This document shows positions 26,859-35,300 of a stretch of 64,000 bases of DNA, in pieces. The notes under the pieces are model-generated. The model did no database searches. It worked only from the letters and a program-made list of their open reading frames with translations, and had not been told where the DNA came from. Numbering within the stretch: the first letter of the stretch is position 1; each line of letters starts with the position of its first letter. Source of the stretch: Acidimicrobiia bacterium. Lineage in GTDB: Bacteria; Actinomycetota; Acidimicrobiia; Spongiisociales; SHLN01. A program made the translations under genes and the position numbers. The DNA lies in NCBI GenBank assembly GCA_041619515.1, contig JBFKDW010000005.1, forward strand, positions 2,323 to 66,322, in the 5' to 3' direction.

Positions 26859-28484
26859 ATGGGACTACGCACGACCGCGATCGAGGAGCTCGACGGGGGT
26901 TCCTTCGACGTCCTGGTCGTAGGCGGGGGCATCAACGGAGCTGTTTCGTCCGCCGTGCTGGCCGGCCGGGGTGCCGACGTCGCGCTGGTTGATCGCGGCG
27001 ATTTCGGCGGGTTCACCAGCCAGGAATCCTCCAACCTCGTGTGGGGCGGATTCAAGTACCTCGAGAGCTACGAGTTCCTCCTCGTCCGCAAGCTGTGCGT
27101 CTCCCGCAACCGGCTGATTCGAGCGTATCCGGACAACATCAAACCGATCGGGTTTCTGGCCACGCTGGACCGAACCTCGCCGTTTCCTCCCTGGCTGGCC
27201 GCCCTCGGCTCGCTGGCCTACTGGGCAATCGGGAGCTTCAAGACCCACCGTCCGCGCATCCTCGGCCCGGCCAAGATCGAAGCGATCGAGCCGGTCATCG
27301 ACACGACGGGTGCCAGAGGCGGCATCGAGTACTACGACGCCTACCTCCCGGACAACGACTCCCGCTTCGTGTTCAGCTTCATACGCTCTGCCATCGACGT
27401 CGGCGCCACCGCCGCCAACTACGTCGCCCTGGTCGGGGCCGAACGCACGCCCGGCGGTTGGCGGGTCACCTTGCGAGACGTCGAAAACGGCGGCGCCGAG
27501 TTCACCTGTCAGGCCCGCCTCATCGTCAACGCGGCCGGCCCGTTTGTCGACGCCCTCAACCAGGAGCTGGGCCCCCACACCGACCACCGCATCGTGTACT
27601 CGAAGGGAATTCACCTGGTCGTGCCGCAGATAACACCACATGAGCGGGTCCTCGCCTTCTTCGACGACACCCAGCGACTGTTCTACGTCATCCCCATGGG
27701 ACGGCGGTCGGTGATCGGCACGACCGACACCAGGGTCGATCAGCCCTACACGAGCGTCACAGATGAGGATCGCGACTTTCTGCTCGGGCAGATCAACGCT
27801 CGTCTCGACCTCGACACACCCCTCTCCCCCGCCGATGTGATTGCCGACCGGTCCGGAGTGCGGCCGCTGGTCGTGAAGCGAGGCGGCAGCGACCAGGCCG
27901 ACGTCGATTGGACGAAGCTGTCGCGCAAGCATGAGGTGGAAGTCGACACCGGGCGCGGCGTGATCACGATCTTCGGCGGCAAGCTCACCGACTGCCTCAA
28001 CGTTGGTGAGGAGGTTGCCGAGGCAGTCGAGCGCCTCGGCGTGCCCCTGGAACCCGATACCGGCGGCTGGTACGGGGAACCGGCTCCCGCCACCCGCGCC
28101 GAGTTCTACCGCCAGGCCCGCCTGATGCACCTCGACGACTTGCGGCACAAGCCGCATACCGAGCCGCTCACCAATCGGCTGTGGCGCCGCTACGGTCGGC
28201 GGGCATTCCAGATGCTCGACGCCATTCGGGACGATCCCGAAATGGGCAAAGACATCATGCGAAGCGCCGACTACCTCCGCGTCGAGCTCCACCTGGCGGC
28301 GCGCACCGAGATGGTCACGAAGCTCGAAGACTTCCTGCGGCGCCGCTCGAAGATCACCCAGGTGATTCCCGAGCACGAGGTTCGCCAGTCCGAGGGTCTG
28401 CGCGAGGTTGCCGAGATCCTGTTCGGCGACCTCGCCGACAAAAAGCTCATCGAATACTTCGGCGAGCTACCGGTCGCACGCTAG
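26859..28484 (+). CDS. glpD: FAD-dependent glycerol-3-phosphate dehydrogenase/oxidase
   Basis: DVLVVGGGINGA, DFGGFTSQESSNLVWGGFKYL, SKGIHLVVP, IGTTD, SGVRPLV, GGKLT, DFLRRRSK. Confidence 0.85.
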   Translation: MGLRTTAIEELDGGSFDVLVVGGGINGAVSSAVLAGRGADVALVDRGDFGGFTSQESSNLVWGGFKYLESYEFLLVRKLCVSRNRLIRAYPDNIKPIGFLATLDRTSPFPPWLAALGSLAYWAIGSFKTHRPRILGPAKIEAIEPVIDTTGARGGIEYYDAYLPDNDSRFVFSFIRSAIDVGATAANYVALVGAERTPGGWRVTLRDVENGGAEFTCQARLIVNAAGPFVDALNQELGPHTDHRIVYSKGIHLVVPQITPHERVLAFFDDTQRLFYVIPMGRRSVIGTTDTRVDQPYTSVTDEDRDFLLGQINARLDLDTPLSPADVIADRSGVRPLVVKRGGSDQADVDWTKLSRKHEVEVDTGRGVITIFGGKLTDCLNVGEEVAEAVERLGVPLEPDTGGWYGEPAPATRAEFYRQARLMHLDDLRHKPHTEPLTNRLWRRYGRRAFQMLDAIRDDPEMGKDIMRSADYLRVELHLAARTEMVTKLEDFLRRRSKITQVIPEHEVRQSEGLREVAEILFGDLADKKLIEYFGELPVAR

Positions 28485-28491
28485 CCCCGCC

Positions 28492-29460
28492 ATGAATGAG
28501 CCGCTGGTCACAGCTGATGATGTAGCGAGGGCGGCAGCTCGCCTCGCCGGAGTGGCCAATCACACGCCGGTCCTGACCAGTCGCACCCTCAACGGCCTCA
28601 CCGGAGCCGACGTCTACCTCAAGGCCGAGTGTTTTCAACGGACCGGATCGTTCAAGTTCCGGGGCGCCTACAACGCCATCAACAGCCTGAGCGACCGGGA
28701 ACGGAGCAGAGGTGTCGCATCCTATTCATCGGGCAATCACGCTCAGGCGGTGGCGCTCGCCGCCGCCCTGCACGACATCCCCTCCGCGATTCTGATGCCC
28801 GAGGATGCCCCGGAGCTCAAGCTGGCCGCGACCCGAGGCTACGGAGCGGAAATCGTCACGTACGACCGCTACGACGCCGAGCGGACATCCCTCGGCGAGG
28901 AGCTCGCCGAGGAACGCGGGATGACGCTGATACCCCCCTTCAACCACTGGGATGTCATCGCCGGGCAGGGGACCGCCGCCCTCGAATTGCTGGCCGAGGC
29001 CGGCTCACTCGACACCCTGCTGGTGTGTGTGGGCGGAGGCGGGCTCATCTCCGGGTGCTCGACCGTCGCCAAGGCGCATTCCGGCCCCGTCCGGGTCCTG
29101 GGCGTCGAGCCCGAGGCAGGCGATGATGCCCGCCGGTCGCTGCGGGAGGGCCGCATCGTCGAGATCCCCACCCCCCGGACCATTGCCGATGGCCAGCAGA
29201 CCACCTCGATCGGCACCAGGACCTTTGCCGTGATGAGGGAGCGCGTGGACGACATCCTCACCGTCACGGATGACGAAATCGTGGCCGCCATGCGATTCGT
29301 CTTCGAACGCATGCGGGTGGTGCTGGAACCGAGCGGCGCCAGCGCCCTCGCCGCCCTCCTCGCCGGCAAGGTCGACGTGAGCGGTCAGCGGGTCGGGGTC
29401 ACGCTCTCGGGCGGCAACGTCGGCACCAAACGATTCGTGTCCCTCATGCAGAGCTTCTGA
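28492..29460 (+). CDS. PLP-dependent Ser/Thr dehydratase family (threo-3-hydroxy-L-aspartate ammonia-lyase / serine racemase-like)
   Basis: LKAECFQRTGSFKFRGAYN, SSGNHAQ, VGGGGLISG, TIADG, EPSGA, LSGGN; no ACT domain. Confidence 0.88.
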   Translation: MNEPLVTADDVARAAARLAGVANHTPVLTSRTLNGLTGADVYLKAECFQRTGSFKFRGAYNAINSLSDRERSRGVASYSSGNHAQAVALAAALHDIPSAILMPEDAPELKLAATRGYGAEIVTYDRYDAERTSLGEELAEERGMTLIPPFNHWDVIAGQGTAALELLAEAGSLDTLLVCVGGGGLISGCSTVAKAHSGPVRVLGVEPEAGDDARRSLREGRIVEIPTPRTIADGQQTTSIGTRTFAVMRERVDDILTVTDDEIVAAMRFVFERMRVVLEPSGASALAALLAGKVDVSGQRVGVTLSGGNVGTKRFVSLMQSF

Positions 29461-29886
29461 TCAGAAGTCGAGATCGAACAGCGGGTCGGTGATCATGAAG
29501 TCGAGCTCGGTGCCCACTGTGGCCAAGAACCCGAACAGGATGAGTGCTCCGCCCGCCATCGACAGGTTCTTCATGAACATGCTCATCTCGACTTGTCGGG
29601 TCATCGGATCGGTGTCGGTCCAGAAGTGGTGCACCATGAAGCCGGCGGCCAGTGAGTAGGCCGCCAGTCCGAGGGCTGCCAGATCGGCCCAGATGCCGAG
29701 AATCACTCCCGCCCCCCCGAGGAAGATGAGGGCGCCGCTGAGCTGGGTGAGGATCTTGGCGCTGGGCACTCCCCGTGATTGGGCGTAACCGGCCGTTCCC
29801 TCCGTCTGCATGAGGTGCCCGGCCGATCCGGCTCCCACAAAGATGAGGGCAAAGAGAATTCGACCGATCAGGATGACCACGCTCAT
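29461..29886 (-). CDS. DoxX family membrane protein
   Basis: GRILFALIF, HHFW, FMKNLSMAGGAL. Confidence 0.88.
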   Translation of the reverse strand: MSVVILIGRILFALIFVGAGSAGHLMQTEGTAGYAQSRGVPSAKILTQLSGALIFLGGAGVILGIWADLAALGLAAYSLAAGFMVHHFWTDTDPMTRQVEMSMFMKNLSMAGGALILFGFLATVGTELDFMITDPLFDLDF

Positions 29887-29954
29887 CCAGATACCTCCCG
29901 TAGGCTGCGAATTCGCGAGGTTAGCCGTTTGCCGGCTGCCATGCCGAAAGCGCC

Positions 29955-30311
29955 CTACAGGGTGGCCGCCCGCTGCGCGATCGAGGCGACATCGTCGAGC
30001 GCCGCCCTGCCCGACCTTCGCAGCAGCACTCGTCCGCTGCCGTCGACCACCAGCGCCACCGGGAGCGAACGGATCGGGGGGCCCGGCAGGTCCAGGCTCC
30101 CGACTTCTGTCACCCGCGGTTGCACGCCCGCCCTCCGCAGTGCCCGCTCAACCGGCCCGCACAGGGCGCAGCCGGGCCCGGTGACGAGCGTCACGCCGGC
30201 AGCAAGCGGCAGCCGGATGGCCCCTCTTCTCCGCTGCCACCATCCCGCCGCGATCCAGGCGCCGCCCCCGATGGCCACCAGCACCAGCAACCGGAGCACC
30301 AGCGGTGTCAT
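29955..30311 (-). CDS. Membrane-anchored thioredoxin/glutaredoxin-like protein
   Basis: ATG 30311 overlaps the DUF4395 stop; N-terminal TM then VTGPGCALCGP (CxxC), IRSLPVALVVDGSG. Confidence 0.72.
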   Translation of the reverse strand: MTPLVLRLLVLVAIGGGAWIAAGWWQRRRGAIRLPLAAGVTLVTGPGCALCGPVERALRRAGVQPRVTEVGSLDLPGPPIRSLPVALVVDGSGRVLLRRSGRAALDDVASIAQRAATL

Positions 30312-30724
30312 CGGTCGATCACCCGCTCGTAGAAGATGCACCCGACGCAGATGCGCGTGGTGGCGGCCAGCAGGGCCAGTGAGAAGACGATCAGCGCCAG
30401 CGTCCAACCGGCAACCGACCATCCAATGGCGAAGAGGGCCGACGCTGCGCTGAGGAACACCACTCCCAGCAGCTGGGCAAACCTCGGCGGTCCGGCTTCC
30501 TCCGTCTCGATCGGACGGCGCCGGCGAGGCCGGACCAGCCGCAGATACGCCTGTGTGAACAGGCCCCAACCGGGCCCGGCGAATCGAGTGAGAGCGAGGA
30601 CGCCGGCGGTGACGGCCACCAGCGGCCACCAGTGGAGCGCGAACGCCACACCCACCGCCGCCGCCACCATTGCCTGGTTGAAGCGGGGCACATTCACGTC
30701 GACCCGGGCGGAGGCGGCCGTCAC
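30308..30724 (-). CDS. DUF4395 membrane protein
   Basis: VDVNVPRFNQ, GPPRFAQLLG, C-terminal ICVGCIFY; GTGA overlap with the metZ stop. Confidence 0.88.
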   Translation of the reverse strand: MTAASARVDVNVPRFNQAMVAAAVGVAFALHWWPLVAVTAGVLALTRFAGPGWGLFTQAYLRLVRPRRRRPIETEEAGPPRFAQLLGVVFLSAASALFAIGWSVAGWTLALIVFSLALLAATTRICVGCIFYERVIDR

Positions 30725-31887
30725 AGTGCCTCCAGTGAGCTCGTGAGGTCCTCCTTGAGGTCGGCGACATCCTCCAGGCCTACCGAGATGCGGATCACAC
30801 CGTCGGTGATCCCCGCCGCCGCCCTGGCATCGGCACCAATACGGCGGTGGGTCGTCGTTGCCGGGTGGGTGATGAGGGTCTTGCTGTCACCGAGGTTGTT
30901 GGAGATGTCGATGATCCGGGTGGCGTTCAGCACCCGAAACGCAGCCTCCTTGCCGCCGTCCACCTCGAAAGTGGCCACCGTCCCACCTCCGGCCATCTGC
31001 TCCTTGGCGAGAGCCGCCTGCGGGTGCGAGGGCAGGCCCGGGTACCACACCCGGCGCACCCCGGGGGTGGCCTCGAGAAAGGCCGCCAGGTCGAGCGCGG
31101 ACGCTGTCTGGTGCCGGACCCGCAGCGCCAGCGTCTCCAGGCTCTTGACCAGCACCCAGGCGTTGAACGGGCTCAGCGACGGGCCGGTATGGCGCATGAA
31201 GGGCTGCAAGCGCTCGGAGATGTACTCGGCGCTCCCGAGGATCGCTCCGCCCATTGTCCGGCCCTGGCCATCTATGTGCTTGGTCGTGGAGTAGACCACA
31301 ACGTCGGCGCCCAATTCGAGGGGCTTCTGGAGGACGGGAGTGGCGAAGACGTTGTCGACCACCACCGTGGCTCCCGCGGCGTGGGCGAGATCGGAGACTG
31401 CCGAGATGTCGACCAGAGCCTGCATGGGGTTGGAGGGCGACTCGAAGAAGACCACCCGGGCCGGCTCGGCCAGCGCCTCCTCCCATTCGTCGAGTGAGGT
31501 ACCGGAGACGAAATCGGTGTGGATCCCCCACCGCGGCAGCAACTGGTCGAGGATGATGTAGCAGGATCCGAACAGATCCCGGGAGGCCACCACCCGGTCG
31601 CCCGACTCCAGCAGAGCAGCCAATGACCAGAAGACCGCCGCCATCCCGGTGGCGGTAGACCAGGCGGCTTCGGCGCCTTCGAGGAGCCGCAACCGCTCTT
31701 CGAACATGGACACGGTGGGGTTGCCGTAGCGGGAGTAGAGATAGTGGTCGACGTCGCCGGCGAAGGATGCTTCGGCTTGCTCGGCCGACTCGTAGACGTA
31801 GCCGGAGGTCAGGAAGAGCGCCTCGGCGGTCTCGTCGAAGCCGGATCGCGTCTGGCCTCCCCGTACCAGGTGGGTGTCCTGCCTCAT
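30721..31887 (-). CDS. metZ: O-succinyl/O-acetylhomoserine sulfhydrylase
   Basis: ETAEALFLTSGYVY, YSRYGNPTV, TGMAA, ESPSNP, DNVF, YSTTKHIDGQGRTMGG, ISNNLGDSKTLITHPATTTH; SD AAAGGAG. Confidence 0.92.
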   Translation of the reverse strand: MRQDTHLVRGGQTRSGFDETAEALFLTSGYVYESAEQAEASFAGDVDHYLYSRYGNPTVSMFEERLRLLEGAEAAWSTATGMAAVFWSLAALLESGDRVVASRDLFGSCYIILDQLLPRWGIHTDFVSGTSLDEWEEALAEPARVVFFESPSNPMQALVDISAVSDLAHAAGATVVVDNVFATPVLQKPLELGADVVVYSTTKHIDGQGRTMGGAILGSAEYISERLQPFMRHTGPSLSPFNAWVLVKSLETLALRVRHQTASALDLAAFLEATPGVRRVWYPGLPSHPQAALAKEQMAGGGTVATFEVDGGKEAAFRVLNATRIIDISNNLGDSKTLITHPATTTHRRIGADARAAAGITDGVIRISVGLEDVADLKEDLTSSLEAL

Positions 31888-31992
31888 GTCGTACTCCTTT
31901 GCTCGGTGGGACGTCACGACCGGATAAACCGGCTGCGTGCGGTGGGGCGACGAACGGGTGGAGGGAGGGCTCTCGGGGTGGTGTTCGTCTGG

Positions 31993-32073
31993 TCAGGAGT
32001 GCGTGGCATAGGCGCTTGCACCCGGGTGGACCACCCGAGAGCGTTCACAGCGACACATATGCCGGCAAGTCAT
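31993..32073 (-). CDS. Putative leaderless Met/Cys-rich leader peptide MTCRHMCRCERSRVVHPGASAYATHS upstream of metZ
   Basis: Manual translation, too short for the ORF track. 2 Met + 3 Cys in the first 9 codons; ATG lies 8 nt after a -10 hexamer. Confidence 0.55.
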   Translation of the reverse strand: MTCRHMCRCERSRVVHPGASAYATHS

Positions 32074-32081
32074 GGCGCGAG

Positions 32082-32110
32082 AAGGTACCCCGTTCTCCCG
32101 GCAATGTCAA
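32082..32110 (-). promoter_or_regulatory. Housekeeping sigma70-type promoter for the metZ leader
   Basis: Minus strand TTGACA (32110-32105), 17-nt spacer, TACCTT (32087-32082). Confidence 0.75.
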
Positions 32111-32164
32111 TGGTCCGTGCCACAGCGCCGGCATTTCGCACTACGATGAGTGGCAGACGAAGCG

Positions 32165-32247
32165 TTTATCACGAGCGGTGGAGGGACAGGCCCTGTGAAA
32201 CCGCGGCAACCGGCCTCGTGGCACGGTGCCAATGCCTGATCGATGAG
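32165..32247 (+). ncRNA. SAM-I (S-box) riboswitch aptamer upstream of metH
   Basis: TTATCACGAGCGGTGGAGGGACAGGCCCTGTGAAACCGCGGCAACC...GGTGCCAAT...GATGAG. P1 TTATC/GATGA, kink-turn P2, GGCAACC/GGTGC P3. P4 appears absent. Confidence 0.92.
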
Positions 32248-32311
32248 CTGCCGGCGAGCGGTTCTCTCCGCTCGAGGCGCTCCGTGAGCGTTTCGAGAAA
32301 GGAGAGATCAT

Positions 32312-32338
32312 ATGACCGGGTGCGATCCGACATCATGA
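32312..32338 (+). CDS. 8-codon uORF (MTGCDPTS) whose stop overlaps the metH start
   Basis: SD AAAGGAG 32298-32304, ATG 32312, TGA 32336-32338 overlapping metH ATG 32335-32337. Confidence 0.45.
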   Translation: MTGCDPTS

Positions 32339-35300
32339 GTACGTACCTCGACGCCGTCACCTCCGGCAAGGTCGTTATCTTCGACGGTGCCACCGGGACA
32401 TCGCTTCAGCAGTTCGGCCTCACGGCCGACGATTTCGGCGGGCCGACCTTCGAGGGATGCAACGAGCTGCTCAGCGTCAACCGGCCCGACGTGGTCGAGG
32501 CTGTGCACCGCTCGTTCTTCGACGTCGGGGTGGACGCCACCGAGACCAACACGTTTGGGGCGTTCTCAGTCCCGCTGGGCGAGTACGGGATCTCTGAGCG
32601 GGCGTACGAGCTGGCGGCCGCCGCCACCGAGATCGCCCGCCGGGTCACCGACGAGTACATCGCCGCCGACGGCCGGTCCCGCTGGGTGGCCGGATCCATA
32701 GGGCCCGGCACCAAGTTCGCGTCCCTCGGCCAGATCCGGTACGCCGACCTGCGCGACGGGTACGAGGTGGAAGCCGCCGGGCTCATCGACGCCGGCGCCG
32801 ACGTCCTGCTCATCGAGACTCAGTTCGATCTGCTGGGGGCCAAGGCCGCCATCAACGGTGCCCGGCGCGCCATGTCTCACTCGGGGCGGGAGGTCCCGCT
32901 CCAGGTTCAAGTCACCATCGAATTGACCGGCCGCATGCTGCCCGGCACCGAGATCGGCGCCGCTCTGACCACCCTCGACGCCATGGGTGTCGACGTGGTC
33001 GGAATCAACTGCGCCACCGGGCCCCAGGAGATGTACGAGCCGCTTCGCTACCTGGCCGCCTATTCACGGCTTCCGGTCGCGGTGGTCCCCAATGCCGGGC
33101 TTCCACAGGTGATCGACGGTGAAATGGCCTACGACCTTCCCGCCGGCGCCCTCGCCGAGCACCTCGAGACGTTCATCAGCGAGTTCGGAGTCCAGGTCGT
33201 CGGCGGATGCTGTGGGACGACGCCCGAGCACCTGCGGGCGGTGGTCGAGCGCTGTCGCAGCCTGACTCCGGCCACCCGCACACCTACTCACATTCCGGGG
33301 GCGGCCTCTACGTACTCGCCCGTCTCCTTCAAGCAGGACACCTCCTTCCTCATCATCGGCGAGCGAACCAATGCGAACGGTTCGCGGGCTTTCCGGGACG
33401 CCCTGCTCGCCGAGGACGTCGACGCCTGCGTGCGAATTGCCGAGGACCAGGTCGCCGAATCCGCCCATCTCCTCGATCTGTGTGTCGACTACGTCGGACG
33501 AGATGGCGTCGCAGACATGAACCTGCTGGGAGGTCGCTTCGCCACCGAGGTCACCGTCCCGGTCGTGCTGGACTCGACCGAGCCCGAGGTGATGCAGGCC
33601 GGCCTCGAGCTGATCGGTGGCCGCAGTGTCCTCAACTCGGCCAACCTCGAGGAGGGTGATGCTCCCGGCTCCCGGTTGGATCGAGTGCTGCGCCTGGCGA
33701 AAGAGCACGGGTCCGCCGTGATCTGCCTGCTCATCGACGAACGCGGCCAGGCTCGCACCCTCGATTGGAAGCTCGAGATCGCCCATCGGATACACGATCT
33801 GGCAGTGGAACGGTACGGTCTCGAGCCCTCCGATCTCATATTCGACCCTCTGACCTTTCCCCTCAGCACCGGAGACGACGACCTGCGCGCCGACGCCATT
33901 GAGACCATCGAGGCAATCAAGCGGATCAAGCAGGAGCTGCCCGGAGTCTCGACCGTGCTGGGGGTATCCAACGTCTCGTTCGGTCTCTCCCCGGTGACCC
34001 GGCGGGTCCTCAATTCGGTGTTTCTGCACGAATGCGTTGAAGCCGGCCTCGACGCGGCCATCATCCATGCCGGCAAGATGTTGCCGCTCAACAAGATCCC
34101 CGACGACCAGCGACAGGTGTGCATGGACCTCATCTACGACCGCCGCCGCTCGGGCTACGACCCACTCGAGGCCCTATTGGCTCTCTTCGCCGACGCGGTC
34201 GAGGAGTCGAGCGTCGTGGAGGATCGCTCAGGGTGGCCGATCGAGCGCCGTCTCAGCGAGCGGATCGTCGACGGCAACCGGGGCGGGATCGAGAACGAGC
34301 TGGACGAGGCGCTGGCGAACGGCCGGGGGCCACTCGAGATCATCAACGACGTCCTCCTGGAAGGCATGCGAACAGTGGGCGAGCTTTTCGCCTCCGGCGA
34401 GATGCAACTGCCTTTCGTGCTGCGGTCGGCCGAGACAATGAAGGCCGCCGTCGCCTATCTCGAGCCCAAGATGGAGAAAGAGGACAGCGCTACCCGCGGA
34501 TCCATCGTGCTCGCCACCGTGCGGGGCGACGTGCACGATATCGGCAAAAACCTCGTCGACATCATCCTGACCAACAACGGGTTCAAGGTGCACAATCTCG
34601 GCATCAAGGTCGAAATCGACGACATGGTCCGCACCTTCCAGGAGGTGGACGCCGATGCCATCGGGATGAGCGGCCTGCTGGTCAAGAGCACGCTCGTCAT
34701 GCGAGACAACCTCGACGAGCTCACCCGGCGCGGCCTCGACCACGTCCCGGTGCTGCTGGGTGGAGCGGCGCTGACCCGCTCGTACGTGGAAGATCAGCTG
34801 CGGGCCAGGTACAACGGGCACGTCTACTACGGGAAGGATGCCTTCGCCGGGCTCGATGCCATGCACTACATCGTCGGCGGCGAAACCGGGCCGGAGCCGG
34901 CCAGGCTCCGCGGACGCACCCTCCCAGCTCACAGCGAGCAGGAAGAGGAGGTCTCTGCGACGGATCTCCCCGCTCGGGCGCCCTCGGTGGCAACCGACAA
35001 TGAGATCTTCGTGCCGCCGTTTCTCGGCAGTCGCATCGTCAAGGGCATCCCGCTCCATGAGGTCGCCGCCTATCTGAACGAGACGGCCCTGTTCCGGAAC
35101 CAGTGGCAATACCGGCCCGAATCCGGGGAGACGGATGCCGATTTCAAAGACCGGCTCCGCCTGCTGCTGCGGGAGCAGATGGCGGTGGCGCGGGCCGCCG
35201 ATCTGCTGGTTCCCGAGCTGGTCTACGGCTACTTCCCGGCCAACGGGGACGGCGACGACCTCGTTATCTGGGAGGACGAGAGCCGCTCATCCGAACGGAT

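Noticed and set aside
26096-29460. D-amino-acid operon (racemase + Ser/Thr dehydratase)
   Set aside because: The genes are on opposite strands and separated by glpD; proximity alone is insufficient.
29890-29950. c-di-GMP-I riboswitch upstream of doxX (GGCAAAC on the minus strand)
   Set aside because: The GNRA tetraloop/receptor pair and the GCAAAG second motif are missing.
31990-32075. SAM-II, SAM-IV or SAH riboswitch in the metZ leader (fragments TGCAAGCGC, CATGA, CGGGTG)
   Set aside because: The fragments do not assemble into the conserved cores (no GGCAACC/GGTGC P3, no SAM-II UGAUUU...AAAUGUAGCUAAA); the uORF interpretation fits better. An Infernal scan would settle it.
31744-32334. 197-aa N-terminal extension of MetH in the ORF track (1365 aa)
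   Set aside because: It overlaps metZ on the opposite strand and the riboswitch; MetH homology starts at ATG 32335.
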